In this document: piece after piece, positions 1 to 10,087 of the stretch
How the letters are laid out: each line of letters opens with the position of its first letter
Position numbering within the stretch: position 1 is the first letter of the stretch
NCBI GenBank assembly: GCA_016185755.1
Contig: JACPMX010000006.1
Coordinates: 20,412-84,411, forward strand
Source of the DNA: Candidatus Woesearchaeota archaeon
GTDB lineage: Archaea > Nanobdellota > Nanobdellia > Woesearchaeales > GW2011-AR4
Reading direction: 5' to 3'
Length of the DNA: 64,000 bases
Made by a program: the position numbers and the translations under genes
Notes under the pieces: generated by a model
Seen by the model: the letters and a program-made list of their open reading frames with translations, nothing else
The model's database searches: none
What the model was told of the DNA's origin: nothing

Positions 1-6
1 GATCAA

Positions 7-1269
7 ATGGCGCAAAAAACATTACCATTCGCCAAACAGAAAATATCGGATATTATAAAAAAATATCCGACGCCTTTTCACATTTATGACGAAAAGGCCA
101 TTCGGCAGAATGCAAGGAGTTTTCTGAAATCATTTGGAATGCTTGAGGGATTCAGGCAATTTTTTGCTGTAAAGGCAAATCCAAATCCATACATAATAAA
201 AATCCTAAAACAAGAGGGAATGGGAGTTGACTGCAGCTCGTTGCCAGAGCTGGAAATAGCTGAAAGGCTTGGATTTAAAGGAGAAGATATAATGTTCAGC
301 TCAAATGACACTCCTGCAGGGGAATTCGTGAAGGCAAGGAAGCTCGGCGCAATCATAAACCTTGATGATATAAGCCACATAGATTTTCTTGAACAATCTG
401 CCGGAATCCCTGACTTGATATGTTTCAGGTATAACCCGGGGCTTGCAAGGAAAGGAAACGATATAATCGGCAAGCCCGAAGAGGCAAAATACGGCCTTAC
501 AAGGGAGCAGATTATTGAAGCATATAAAATTGCAAAAAGCAAAGGGGCAAAAAGGTTTGGAATGCACACTATGGTGATTTCAAATGAGCTTAATGAAGAT
601 TATTTTATAGAAACAGCGAGAATGATGTTCGAGCTTGCAGTGGAAGTAAACAGGAAAACAGGAATAAGAATTGAATTTGTCAATCTTGGAGGAGGAATCG
701 GAATTCCATATAAGCCGGAGCAGGAGCCAGTGTCATATGAAAGGATTTCAAAAGGGGTAAAGGATGCCTACAACGATATAATTGTCAGAAACAAGCTGAA
801 CCCGATAAGAATATTCACGGAATGCGGAAGAGTAATCACGGGGCCTTACGGCTATCTTATAACAAAAGTAAGGCACATCAAGCACATCTACAGGAATTAT
901 GTAGGCACAGATGCAAGCATGGCAAACTTGATGAGACCGGGCATGTATGGGGCTTATCACCACATAACTGTGCTTGGAAAAGAAAATGCTGCAAAAAATC
1001 ATATTTATGATGTAACTGGCTCATTGTGCGAGAACAATGACAAGTTTGCAGTTCAAAGAAAGCTGCCTGAGATAGCGCCAGGAGATATTCTTGTAATACA
1101 TGAAGCAGGAGCGCATGGGCATGCAATGGGCTTCAATTACAATGGAAAACTGAGGTCAGCAGAGCTTTTGTTGAGAAGCGATGGAACTGTAAAGCAGATA
1201 AGGAGAGCAGAGACAATGGAAGATTATTTTGCAACGCTTGATTTCAAGGGATTAAAGGGATTTGATTAA
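7..1269 (+). CDS. lysA: Diaminopimelate decarboxylase
   Basis: PLP lysine motif FAVKANPN, plus KYG, NLGGG, ECGR, GSLCENND and HGHAMGFNYN; sits in an operon with dapL/lysC/asd. Confidence 0.93.
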   Translation: MAQKTLPFAKQKISDIIKKYPTPFHIYDEKAIRQNARSFLKSFGMLEGFRQFFAVKANPNPYIIKILKQEGMGVDCSSLPELEIAERLGFKGEDIMFSSNDTPAGEFVKARKLGAIINLDDISHIDFLEQSAGIPDLICFRYNPGLARKGNDIIGKPEEAKYGLTREQIIEAYKIAKSKGAKRFGMHTMVISNELNEDYFIETARMMFELAVEVNRKTGIRIEFVNLGGGIGIPYKPEQEPVSYERISKGVKDAYNDIIVRNKLNPIRIFTECGRVITGPYGYLITKVRHIKHIYRNYVGTDASMANLMRPGMYGAYHHITVLGKENAAKNHIYDVTGSLCENNDKFAVQRKLPEIAPGDILVIHEAGAHGHAMGFNYNGKLRSAELLLRSDGTVKQIRRAETMEDYFATLDFKGLKGFD

Positions 1270-1271
1270 AA

Positions 1272-2486
1272 ATGGTAAAAAGAAATCCGAACATGGCAAA
1301 GCTGCAGTCAAGCTACTTGTTTCCTGAAATAGCAAGAAGGAAAAATGAATTTCTAGCCAAAAATCCAGGTGCAAAAATAATAAGCCTTGGAATAGGGGAT
1401 ACAACCCAGCCAATCACACCCCATATCATGAAAGGACTGTCTGGTGAAGTTTCAAGGCTGGGGACAAAGAAAGGCTACACAGGATACGGGGCGGAGCAGG
1501 GATTGAAGGAGCTAAGGGACAAGATTGCAGAAAAGATGTATGATGGATTGATTGAAGGAGACGAGGTTTTTGTCTCAGACGGGGCAAAGCCCGATACAGC
1601 AAGGCTGCAGGTGCTTTTCGGCAGCAATGCGACTATAGCAGTTCAGGACCCGTCTTACCCTGTTTATGTGGACAGCAGCGTAATCCTTGGGCAGACAGGA
1701 AGCTATAACCAAGAAAAATCCCAGTTCGACGGAATTGAATACATGGAATGCACCCCTGAAAATAATTTTTTCCCCGACTTAAGAAAAGCAAGAAGAACAG
1801 ACATTATTTTCTTTTGCAATCCGAATAATCCGACAGGCGCAGCTGTTAATGCCAAACAATTGAGGGAGCTTGTGAATTTTGCCAGAAAAAACAATTCAAT
1901 CATTGTTTATGATTCAGCGTACAGCCAATTTATTTCAGATAAAAACCTTCCAAGGTCGATTTATGAGATTGACGGCGCAAAGGAAGTTGCAATAGAAATC
2001 AGCTCCTTTTCAAAGCCGATTGGATTTACAGGGGTCAGGCTGGGATGGACGGTAATCCCCAATGAGCTCAAATTCGAGGATGGTACATCAGTCAATAAAG
2101 ACTGGAACAGGATAATGACAACCCTGTTTAATGGAGCTTCGAATATAGCGCAGCAAGGCGCTTTAAGCGCATTGGATGAAAAAGGCATGAAGGAAATGAA
2201 GCAGACTATCTCATATTATCTTGAAAATGCAGGCATAATAAGGGCTTCAATGGAAAAGCTTGGATATGAGGTTTATGGAGGGGTGCATGCGCCGTATCTT
2301 TGGGTTAGGATCCCAGGAAAAACATCATGGCAGGCATTTGAGGAATTCCTTGGCAAGGCCCACCTTGTAACAATACCCGGTATTGGGTTCGGGCCATCTG
2401 GGGAGGGCTTTCTCAGGCTAAGCGCCCTTGGACATAGGGAAGAAGTAAAGGAAGCAGTAAAAAGAATCGAGAGGCTGATGAAATGA
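1272..2486 (+). CDS. dapL: LL-diaminopimelate aminotransferase
   Basis: YLFPEI, SLGIGDTTQP, GYGAEQG, SDGAK, PNNPTG and SFSKPIGFTGVRLGW motifs. Confidence 0.93.
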   Translation: MVKRNPNMAKLQSSYLFPEIARRKNEFLAKNPGAKIISLGIGDTTQPITPHIMKGLSGEVSRLGTKKGYTGYGAEQGLKELRDKIAEKMYDGLIEGDEVFVSDGAKPDTARLQVLFGSNATIAVQDPSYPVYVDSSVILGQTGSYNQEKSQFDGIEYMECTPENNFFPDLRKARRTDIIFFCNPNNPTGAAVNAKQLRELVNFARKNNSIIVYDSAYSQFISDKNLPRSIYEIDGAKEVAIEISSFSKPIGFTGVRLGWTVIPNELKFEDGTSVNKDWNRIMTTLFNGASNIAQQGALSALDEKGMKEMKQTISYYLENAGIIRASMEKLGYEVYGGVHAPYLWVRIPGKTSWQAFEEFLGKAHLVTIPGIGFGPSGEGFLRLSALGHREEVKEAVKRIERLMK

Positions 2487-3805
2487 TCATCATGAAATTT
2501 GGAGGCACATCTGTAGGGGATGCTGACAGGATAGCCAATGTTGCGAATATTGTGAAATCAAATGTCAAGAGAAATCCAGTCGTTGTCGTGTCTGCAGTCA
2601 CAAAAATAACTGATGCGCTGATAAGGCTTGGAAAGGAGAGCGCGCAGGGAAAGGGGCATGAAACTCTCGAGCATATCAGGAAAACGCATTTTGAAATTAT
2701 TGAGCGGTTGGGAATGGGCAAAGAGCTGCTGAAGGAGGATTTGAACGAGCTTGAAAGCTTGGCTGACCAAATTAGGTCAAGCAAAGGCATAAATGAAAAA
2801 ACGCTTGATCAAATCCAATCTTTTGGGGAAAGGATGTCATCAAAGATTATAGCAAGCCAATTGAATAAAATCGGAATAAAATCACAGTCTTTCGATTCAT
2901 GGCAGCTTGGATTCCTGACAAATGAGGAGTTTGGAGAGGCTGAGCCATTGGATGCAAGCTATGCAAACCTGAACAAGAATATCAAAAAGCTGGATATTGT
3001 GCCAGTCATAACCGGCTTTATAGGGAAAACAGAAAAAGGAGAGATAACAACTCTTGGGAGAGGGGGTTCTGACTACACGGCAGCAATCATAGGCGCTGCA
3101 GCCGGTGCAGATGAAATTCAAATCTGGACTGATGTCAATGGAGTCATGTCCACAGACCCAAAAATAGTGGCTAATGCAAGGACTCTTGAAAAAGTCTCAT
3201 TTGCAGAGGCGTCGGAGCTTGCATATTTCGGGGCAAGGGTGCTCCACCCTAAAACAATACTGCCTGCAATGAAAAAAAATATACCCGTTAAGGTATTGAA
3301 CTCGTTTAATCCAGAAAATGAAGGAACTGTGATAGTCAATATGCCTTACAGGGACAATAATGCTGTAAAGGCGATAGCGCACAAGAAAAATATCGCGCTT
3401 GTTAACATTGACTCTACAAGAATGCTGGGAGCATACGGGTTTTTGGCAAGGCTGTTTGGAATTTTTGACAAGTACAGGAAAAGCATTGATGTAGTATCGA
3501 CATCTGAAGTCAGCGTGTCGCTGACCATAGACAGCGAGGAGAATATAGGCAGTATTTTGCAGGAATTGAAGGAGATAGCGGATGTAGAGCTTATAAGAAA
3601 CAAGGCAATCATATGCATTGTAGGGGAAGGCATGAGAAAAACCCCGGGAATTGCAGGGAGGACGTTTACGGCGCTGGGCAAAAGCAAAATAAACGTTGAG
3701 ATGATATCCCAGGGTGCATCAGAAATAAACATAACATTCATTGTTGACAGCAAAGACGCTGAAAAGGCTGTCAGGGTTTTGCATGAAGAATATTTTGGAG
3801 TATAG
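2483..3805 (+). CDS. lysC: Aspartate kinase with ACT domains
   Basis: MKFGGTSV, TTLGRGGSDYTA, IWTDVNG and YFGARVLHP; C-terminal ACT domains. Confidence 0.95.
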   Translation: MIIMKFGGTSVGDADRIANVANIVKSNVKRNPVVVVSAVTKITDALIRLGKESAQGKGHETLEHIRKTHFEIIERLGMGKELLKEDLNELESLADQIRSSKGINEKTLDQIQSFGERMSSKIIASQLNKIGIKSQSFDSWQLGFLTNEEFGEAEPLDASYANLNKNIKKLDIVPVITGFIGKTEKGEITTLGRGGSDYTAAIIGAAAGADEIQIWTDVNGVMSTDPKIVANARTLEKVSFAEASELAYFGARVLHPKTILPAMKKNIPVKVLNSFNPENEGTVIVNMPYRDNNAVKAIAHKKNIALVNIDSTRMLGAYGFLARLFGIFDKYRKSIDVVSTSEVSVSLTIDSEENIGSILQELKEIADVELIRNKAIICIVGEGMRKTPGIAGRTFTALGKSKINVEMISQGASEINITFIVDSKDAEKAVRVLHEEYFGV

Positions 3806-4885
3806 ATGGCAAAGCTGAAAGTCGGAATTCTTGGGGCAACAGGCATGGTTGGGCAGAGATTTTTGGCTTTGCTTGAAAGACACCCGTGGTTTGAAGTTGT
3901 TTGTGTAGCTGCCTCTCCAAACTCTGCCGGCAAACCTTATGAAGAATCTGTAAGGGGCAGGTGGAAAATTAAAGATAAAATGCCAAATAATGCAAAAAAA
4001 TTGGCTGTAAAGAGAGTCGAGGAAGATATTGATGAGATATGCGGTGAAGTCGATTTTGTGTTTTCAGCCCTTGACATGGACAAGCAGAAAATTTGCGAAA
4101 TAGAGGAGAATTACGCTTCAAGAGGCATTCCGGTGGTATCGAACAATTCGGTCCACAGGTGGACGGAAGACGTTCCCATGATAATCCCGGAAATCAATCC
4201 GGAGCATGTGAAGCTCATCGACATACAGCGCAAAAAAAGGTCATGGAAAAAAGGCTTCATAGCGGTAAAGCCGAACTGCTCCATACAGTCTTACGTGCCG
4301 ATAATAAAGGCGCTGGAAAAATTCCAGCCTTCAAAACTCGCTGTCACGACACTGCAGGCGGTTTCCGGAGCAGGAAGAAACCTGGCAGGCTGGCCCGAGA
4401 TGAATGAGAATGTCATCCCCTTTATAAGCAAAGAGGAAGAGAAATCGGAGAGGGAGCCGCTGAAAATACTGGGAAAAATCCGGAATGGAAAACTGAGCCT
4501 TGCCAAAGGGCCGGAAATATCGGCAACCTGCATCAGGGTTCCTGTCGAGGACGGCCACATGGCGAGCGTTGAAATGAAGCTGAACAAGAAAATAAGCAGG
4601 GAAAAATTCATCGATACGATAGGCAATTTCAATCCAATAGCGAAATTAAGGCTCCCAAGCTCTCCGAAGCAGTTCATCAGGTATTTTGACGATGAAAACA
4701 GGCCGCAGACCAGGCTGGACAGGGACTTTGGAAACGGAATGGGAATCTCAGTGGGCAGGCTGAGGGAAGACAAGCTCTTCGGGTGGAAATTTGTTGCATT
4801 GTCCCATAACACAGTAAGGGGTGCTGCAGGCGGGGCAATATTGCTTGCAGAGCTGCTGAAAGCGAAGGGGTATCTGCAGAATTAA
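3806..4885 (+). CDS. asd: Aspartate-semialdehyde dehydrogenase
   Basis: GATGMVGQ, PNC catalytic Cys, QAVSGAG and HNTVRGAAG. Confidence 0.95.
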   Translation: MAKLKVGILGATGMVGQRFLALLERHPWFEVVCVAASPNSAGKPYEESVRGRWKIKDKMPNNAKKLAVKRVEEDIDEICGEVDFVFSALDMDKQKICEIEENYASRGIPVVSNNSVHRWTEDVPMIIPEINPEHVKLIDIQRKKRSWKKGFIAVKPNCSIQSYVPIIKALEKFQPSKLAVTTLQAVSGAGRNLAGWPEMNENVIPFISKEEEKSEREPLKILGKIRNGKLSLAKGPEISATCIRVPVEDGHMASVEMKLNKKISREKFIDTIGNFNPIAKLRLPSSPKQFIRYFDDENRPQTRLDRDFGNGMGISVGRLREDKLFGWKFVALSHNTVRGAAGGAILLAELLKAKGYLQN

Positions 4886-6195
4886 TGTGAATTGTGTATT
4901 CTCATGTAAAAAGGAATTCCGTGGACTGATTTTCCTTTTTCTGTCCTGATATTTATCAAATCCGGGATTGTATTTTTAATGACGCCGAATGGAAGCGGCT
5001 CATGGGTTATGATGTTAGGCAGGCATTTTATGCCATCAACTGTCATCTCATATCTTGGCCCGCTTCTTTGAATAGAATCCTTGACATTCCAGCCGTGATT
5101 TGCAAGCACCCCGACAACGCTGTGCAGAGAGCCCGGCACGTGGCGAAGATACAGCCTTAGGTAGCCCTCAGTAGAAACTTTATCCTGGTCTGCAATCTTT
5201 AAATCTTTGTAGTTTACCCTTATCTCCCTTACTGTCTCGCTTCTTGCCATCTCTGCTATTTTTACAATGTCGTAGTATACAGAAAATGCGGTTGGTCCCT
5301 TGCCAGCGCCCTTGCCTACATTAAAATATTCGTCAAAAGGGCTGCCCTGTATGTATATTGCATTGAATTCCTCATTAACCCTTGATAGTTTGTGGCTGTT
5401 GCTTATAAGCGCCGGGTGCACCCTTACATCAACCTCCCCTTCATTTATTTTCCTTGCTGTGGCAAGCAATTTTATCGCGTAGCCAAGCTCTTTTGCATAA
5501 TCTACGTCTATTGGCATTATTTCTGCAATGCCTTCGCAATAAACCTCGCTTGGCTTAATCCATCTCCCGTAAGCCAGCGAAGCAAGGATGGCAATTTTCT
5601 GGGCAGCGTCAAGCCCCAGGACATCGAAGCCCGGATCCGATTCTGCAAACCCTTTTTCCTGTGCAATCTTGAGGGCGCTCTCGTAGTCTATTCTTTCACC
5701 CATCCTTGTCAGTATGAAATTAGTTGTTCCATTCAGGATTCCCGTAATGCTTGTTATGTCCCCAAGGCTTAGCTGCTCAAGCAACGGGTTTATGATAGGG
5801 ATGCCTCCGGCAACAGCCCCTTCAAAGCCTATGTTGACATTATGCTTCCTTGCCAGCTCGAACAGTTCCGGGCCATGTTCCGAGATAACTGCCTTGTTTG
5901 CCGTGACAACATGCTTGCCATTTTTGATGGCCTTGACCAGATATTCCTTTGCAGGATTATGGCCGCCGATAAGCTCGACAACGATGTCTATGCCCGGATC
6001 TTCAAGAATTTCATCAGCGTTGTCTGTAAAATTGTTAAATGGAACTTTTCTTGGCTTTTTAGAGTCTTTTACCGCGATTTTTTTCAGGTTTACCCCATTA
6101 TTATTGTTTTCAGAAAACAGCTCGACAAGCCCGCTTCCAACAACTCCGCAGCCAATCAGGCCCACATTAATGGCCTTGCCTTTGTCCATCATCAT
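4882..6195 (-). CDS. hom: Homoserine dehydrogenase with a divergent C-terminal ACT-like domain
   Basis: GCGVVG, VVTANK, EGAVAGGIP, GILNGTTNFIL, AQEKGFAE and GKGAG. Confidence 0.93.
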   Translation of the reverse strand: MMMDKGKAINVGLIGCGVVGSGLVELFSENNNNGVNLKKIAVKDSKKPRKVPFNNFTDNADEILEDPGIDIVVELIGGHNPAKEYLVKAIKNGKHVVTANKAVISEHGPELFELARKHNVNIGFEGAVAGGIPIINPLLEQLSLGDITSITGILNGTTNFILTRMGERIDYESALKIAQEKGFAESDPGFDVLGLDAAQKIAILASLAYGRWIKPSEVYCEGIAEIMPIDVDYAKELGYAIKLLATARKINEGEVDVRVHPALISNSHKLSRVNEEFNAIYIQGSPFDEYFNVGKGAGKGPTAFSVYYDIVKIAEMARSETVREIRVNYKDLKIADQDKVSTEGYLRLYLRHVPGSLHSVVGVLANHGWNVKDSIQRSGPRYEMTVDGIKCLPNIITHEPLPFGVIKNTIPDLINIRTEKGKSVHGIPFYMRIHNSH

Positions 6196-6290
6196 CCCAA
6201 ACTATTGGGCATTCGTATTTAAATTTTGCCAATATTGAAAGATTTATAAACAAAAATCCAAATCCAAGGCAAAATATACGGCTTAAAATC

Positions 6291-6971
6291 ATGAAACTCA
6301 CCAAATCACAATTTGAGCTTGAACTGTCCAATCCGGCAAATAGGAAATTCAATATCATTATATTAGGCATGTCCGGCGCTGGCAAAACCCATTGGTCAAA
6401 GTTGTTATCTCAGCGATACGGGTATCCGCATATTGAACTTGATGAATTAATTGGCACATCGGCAGAATTGGCAGGTCTTATCAGGGCAATCCTAGGGAAA
6501 GATGCTGCCGAAAAAATGGCGAATTACTTTGGAATGCCGTGGAGCAAAGGCTTTCAGGCAAAAGAAGCGGCATACTTGATTGTAGAAAAAAAAATTATGT
6601 CAAAAACGCTGCCAATAGGCTCTATTTTTGACCTAACTGGAAGCTGCATATACCATCCCGATTCATTGGAAGCTATGCGCTCCACAGGACTGGTGATTTG
6701 TCTGGAAACAAGCATGGAAAAACAACAAGAGATGCTTGGCACATTTATCCGTCATCCAAAACCAGTTTGCTGGAATGGCATTTTCCAAAAAATGAACAGT
6801 GAGACAAATGAGCAGGCGCTAGCAAGGTGCTACCCTCTTTTGCTTGCCCATAGGGCAAAATTATACCAAAAATTTGCAGATGTCGCATTGCCTTACGCAA
6901 TTCATAGAAATATAAAAAGTGCAGATGGATTTGTTCAGGAAGTTAAAAAAAGATTACCGCTGCGCTCCTAA
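6291..6971 (+). CDS. P-loop small-molecule kinase, shikimate/NMP-kinase-like; substrate unknown
   Basis: Walker A GMSGAGKT, HIELDELI and C-terminal R..LYQKFAD; lies between hom and thrC. Confidence 0.7.
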   Translation: MKLTKSQFELELSNPANRKFNIIILGMSGAGKTHWSKLLSQRYGYPHIELDELIGTSAELAGLIRAILGKDAAEKMANYFGMPWSKGFQAKEAAYLIVEKKIMSKTLPIGSIFDLTGSCIYHPDSLEAMRSTGLVICLETSMEKQQEMLGTFIRHPKPVCWNGIFQKMNSETNEQALARCYPLLLAHRAKLYQKFADVALPYAIHRNIKSADGFVQEVKKRLPLRS

Positions 6972-6986
6972 GCTTTTCAAAAAACT

Positions 6987-8360
6987 CTATGAATTTAATT
7001 CCATTAGCCTGCACTTAAAATCCTTGTAGTCAGTTCCTATGACTTCAAATTTTTCCTGTTTTTTGCCCAAGCCTTTCAGGCTTTTTGGGATTTTAGGCTG
7101 AATGCCAAGAATGTTCCGGATCTCGTCTGGGAATTTGGCTGGGTTGGCAGTCTCCAGCGATATTCCCAACCCTATTTTACTGTTTTTTTGATACTTTTCA
7201 AGACCGCACCAGGCAACTGCCCCATGCGGCTCCAATAAGCTTTTATATTTTGAATAGAACTTTTTTATTGTTTCGCTGGCATCTTTATCAGTTATTGAAA
7301 AGCTTGCAAAATCCTTCCTCATCATTTTCATGTCGGGCTTTTGCTTTAATATTCCCTTTTTAATTATCTTCCCGCTCCCACTCCTCTTGTCGTACAACCA
7401 CCCGCCATACAAGTCAATCAATCTTGCTAAATTGCTGGGGTGCCCTATATTCATAGAATTTGAGCTGCATTTTTTTGAAGGCTCAATGGGTTTGTAAATT
7501 CCTGAGCTTAGGAATCTTGGAAATTCATAATTTTCATTGACAGAAACAACGAACTTTTCGACAGGAAGCCCCATCTCCCTTGCTATTACCCCGCCCATCA
7601 GGTTTCCGAAATTTCCTGAGGGGACCGAGAATACGGCATTGCCCCTGCCAAACTTCGAATACGCATAAAAATAATAAAAAACCTGGGGAAGAAGCCTGCC
7701 GAAATTAATGGAATTGGCAGATGTCAGGCCAAATTCTTCAAGCTCCCTGTCGTTAAATGCCTGCTTTACCAAAGCCTGGCAGTCGTCAAAATCCCCCTTA
7801 ACAGCCAGGGTCCTTACATTCTTGCCCAAAGTCGTCATTTGCATCCTTTGTACAGGGGAAACCCCCCTGAAAGGGAACAGGATGATTACATTCACATTAT
7901 CCAGTCCGCTGAAGGCATCTGCAACAGCACCTCCTGTATCGCCGGATGTTGAAACAAGAACGGTAAGCTTTCTGCCTTCTTTTTTTGAAAAATGATGCAT
8001 CAGCCCTGCCATAAGCCTGGCTGCAAAATCCTTGAAAGAGGCAGTCGGACCCCTGTCAAGCCTCATTACATGCAGGTTATTTTCTATCTTTTCTATCGGA
8101 ACCCTGAAATTGTATGCTTGATTTATCAGCAGCCTGAGATCCCTGCCACCTATGCAGTCCTGAAGGAATTCTTTTGCAACATAAAAAGCAATTTCGCTGT
8201 AGCCTTTGCCGTTAAATGACTCAATCTCTTTCCCTGTAAGCCTGGGAATAAATGTCGGCATATAAAGCCCGTAATCAGGAGCCTGCCCTTTGAAGAGGGC
8301 ATCCTTAAAATCAACCAAGCCGGAATTCCTGTTTGTGCTCCTGTACAATATTTTCGGCAT
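6987..8360 (-). CDS. thrC: Threonine synthase (long type)
   Basis: GPTASFKDF, TSGDTG, GDFDDCQ, NSINFGR, VPSGNFGN and ETANPAKF; start moved to ATG at 8360. Confidence 0.93.
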   Translation of the reverse strand: MPKILYRSTNRNSGLVDFKDALFKGQAPDYGLYMPTFIPRLTGKEIESFNGKGYSEIAFYVAKEFLQDCIGGRDLRLLINQAYNFRVPIEKIENNLHVMRLDRGPTASFKDFAARLMAGLMHHFSKKEGRKLTVLVSTSGDTGGAVADAFSGLDNVNVIILFPFRGVSPVQRMQMTTLGKNVRTLAVKGDFDDCQALVKQAFNDRELEEFGLTSANSINFGRLLPQVFYYFYAYSKFGRGNAVFSVPSGNFGNLMGGVIAREMGLPVEKFVVSVNENYEFPRFLSSGIYKPIEPSKKCSSNSMNIGHPSNLARLIDLYGGWLYDKRSGSGKIIKKGILKQKPDMKMMRKDFASFSITDKDASETIKKFYSKYKSLLEPHGAVAWCGLEKYQKNSKIGLGISLETANPAKFPDEIRNILGIQPKIPKSLKGLGKKQEKFEVIGTDYKDFKCRLMELNS

Positions 8361-8452
8361 TTTTGCGAAAAACTGGGGCAATATTTTAAACTTTATTGTT
8401 TATAACAATCTTTTCCACAATCTTTAAATAATATCCGGAATTTTTCAGGCTT

Positions 8453-10087
8453 ATGCACAGCAAGGAAAACAGCGAAAAGAGCTTTGAAGACCTCTTCTGG
8501 GCGGACCAGCTTGCAAAGCAGATAACATCAAGGAAAAAATTCCATTATACTGATTCAAAAATACCTAAATTCAGCGAATACACCGTTAAGACATCAGCAT
8601 CGTTGTCAGGCGTCCTTCATATCGGAAGGCTTAGTGACACAATAAGGGGGGAGTCAGTCGCAATTGCATTGAGAGATGCTGGTGTAAAGGTAAACTTCAT
8701 CTGGGTTGCCGAAAACATGGACCCGATGAGAAAAGTGCCGAAAGGCGTTCCTGCTGACTTTGAAAAATATATAGGGGTCCCCGTAACAGATGTTCCTGAC
8801 CATGAAGGATGCCATGATTCTTATGCCTCCCATCACATGGAAGAGTATTTTAAAGTCATAGACCAATTTGTCGTGACAAAGCTCGAGAAATTTTCAATGA
8901 GGGAGGAATACAAAAAGGGCAATTTTAACCCATTTATAAAAATAATCCTTGATAAGGCCGATGAGGTCAGGGAAATACAAAACAGGTACAGGACGAATCC
9001 TTTGAAGAAAAACTGGCTGCCCTGGACCCCAATATGCGAGAACTGCGGCAAGATAGTTACAACGCATGTGCAAAATTTCGAAAACGGCGTTGTAAGCTAT
9101 GTATGCAAAGATTATGAATTCGAGACAACAACTGCGAAAGGCTGCGGATTCAAAGGGGAGAATGATCCGCTCAAAGGCAACGGGAAGCTGATGTGGAAAT
9201 CCGAATGGGCCGCTCAATGGGCAAGATGGCAGGTTGTGAGCGAGGGTGCCGGAAAGGAGTATCAGGTTCCGAACAGCGCGTGGTGGATAAACGGCGAGAT
9301 AGCGGAAAAAGTGCTTGATTTTCCAATGCCAGTGCCTATATTTTACGAGCACATAATGATAGACAGCCAGAAAATGTCAGCTTCCGTAGGCAATGTAGTC
9401 TACCCAAAGGACTGGCTTGAAGTAGCACCTCCAGAATTGCTAAGACTGTTTTACAACAAGAGGCTGATGACCACAAGAAGCTTTTCGTGGAGGGACTTGC
9501 CGAACCTCTATGACGAATATGACAAAATTGCAAAGATACACTTCGGAAATTTTAAGCTTGAGAATAAAAAAGAAGAATCGCACTACAAGAGACTATATGA
9601 GGTAAGCCATGGCAAGGAAATAAGGAAGGCTGTTGATTTGAGCTTTTCGCATGCTGCCGCTGTAGCGCAGATTTTTTCCAATGAAGAGGATGCGGTTAAA
9701 AGCCTGGAAAAAACAGGCCATTACAGCAGGAAAGACCACGATGCTATTTTTGAGAGGCTCCACAAGGCAAGAATATGGCTCAGGAAATATGCGCCTGATG
9801 ACCTCAAATTTGAAGTTCAAAAATCTGTGCCAAAAAACATACAGCTTAGCGACAAGGAAAAAAAGGCCCTGCACGCAGTAGCCAGATTATTGGAAGAGAA
9901 GGATTACGATGAAAAAACCCTCTTTGAGGAATTCTACAACACTGCCAAAAAGCTGGAAATCAACCCCCAGGAATTCTTCAGGGCAGCATACAAGGTTTTG
10001 CTGAACAAGGAAAGAGGTCCTAAGCTGGCTCCTTTTATACTGGCATTGGGGAAAGATAAAGTTGCTAGGTTGTTTGAAGGAGTTTGA
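8453..10087 (+). CDS. lysS: Class I lysyl-tRNA synthetase
   Basis: WADQLA, HIGR (HIGH-like), KMSASVG (KMSKS-like), Zn-binding Cys pairs and C-terminal GPKLAPF. Confidence 0.93.
   Translation: MHSKENSEKSFEDLFWADQLAKQITSRKKFHYTDSKIPKFSEYTVKTSASLSGVLHIGRLSDTIRGESVAIALRDAGVKVNFIWVAENMDPMRKVPKGVPADFEKYIGVPVTDVPDHEGCHDSYASHHMEEYFKVIDQFVVTKLEKFSMREEYKKGNFNPFIKIILDKADEVREIQNRYRTNPLKKNWLPWTPICENCGKIVTTHVQNFENGVVSYVCKDYEFETTTAKGCGFKGENDPLKGNGKLMWKSEWAAQWARWQVVSEGAGKEYQVPNSAWWINGEIAEKVLDFPMPVPIFYEHIMIDSQKMSASVGNVVYPKDWLEVAPPELLRLFYNKRLMTTRSFSWRDLPNLYDEYDKIAKIHFGNFKLENKKEESHYKRLYEVSHGKEIRKAVDLSFSHAAAVAQIFSNEEDAVKSLEKTGHYSRKDHDAIFERLHKARIWLRKYAPDDLKFEVQKSVPKNIQLSDKEKKALHAVARLLEEKDYDEKTLFEEFYNTAKKLEINPQEFFRAAYKVLLNKERGPKLAPFILALGKDKVARLFEGV

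Noticed and set aside
1-4885. Absence of dapA/dapB/dapF as evidence of a novel lysine route
   Set aside because: The operon begins at the window edge, so these genes may lie just upstream.
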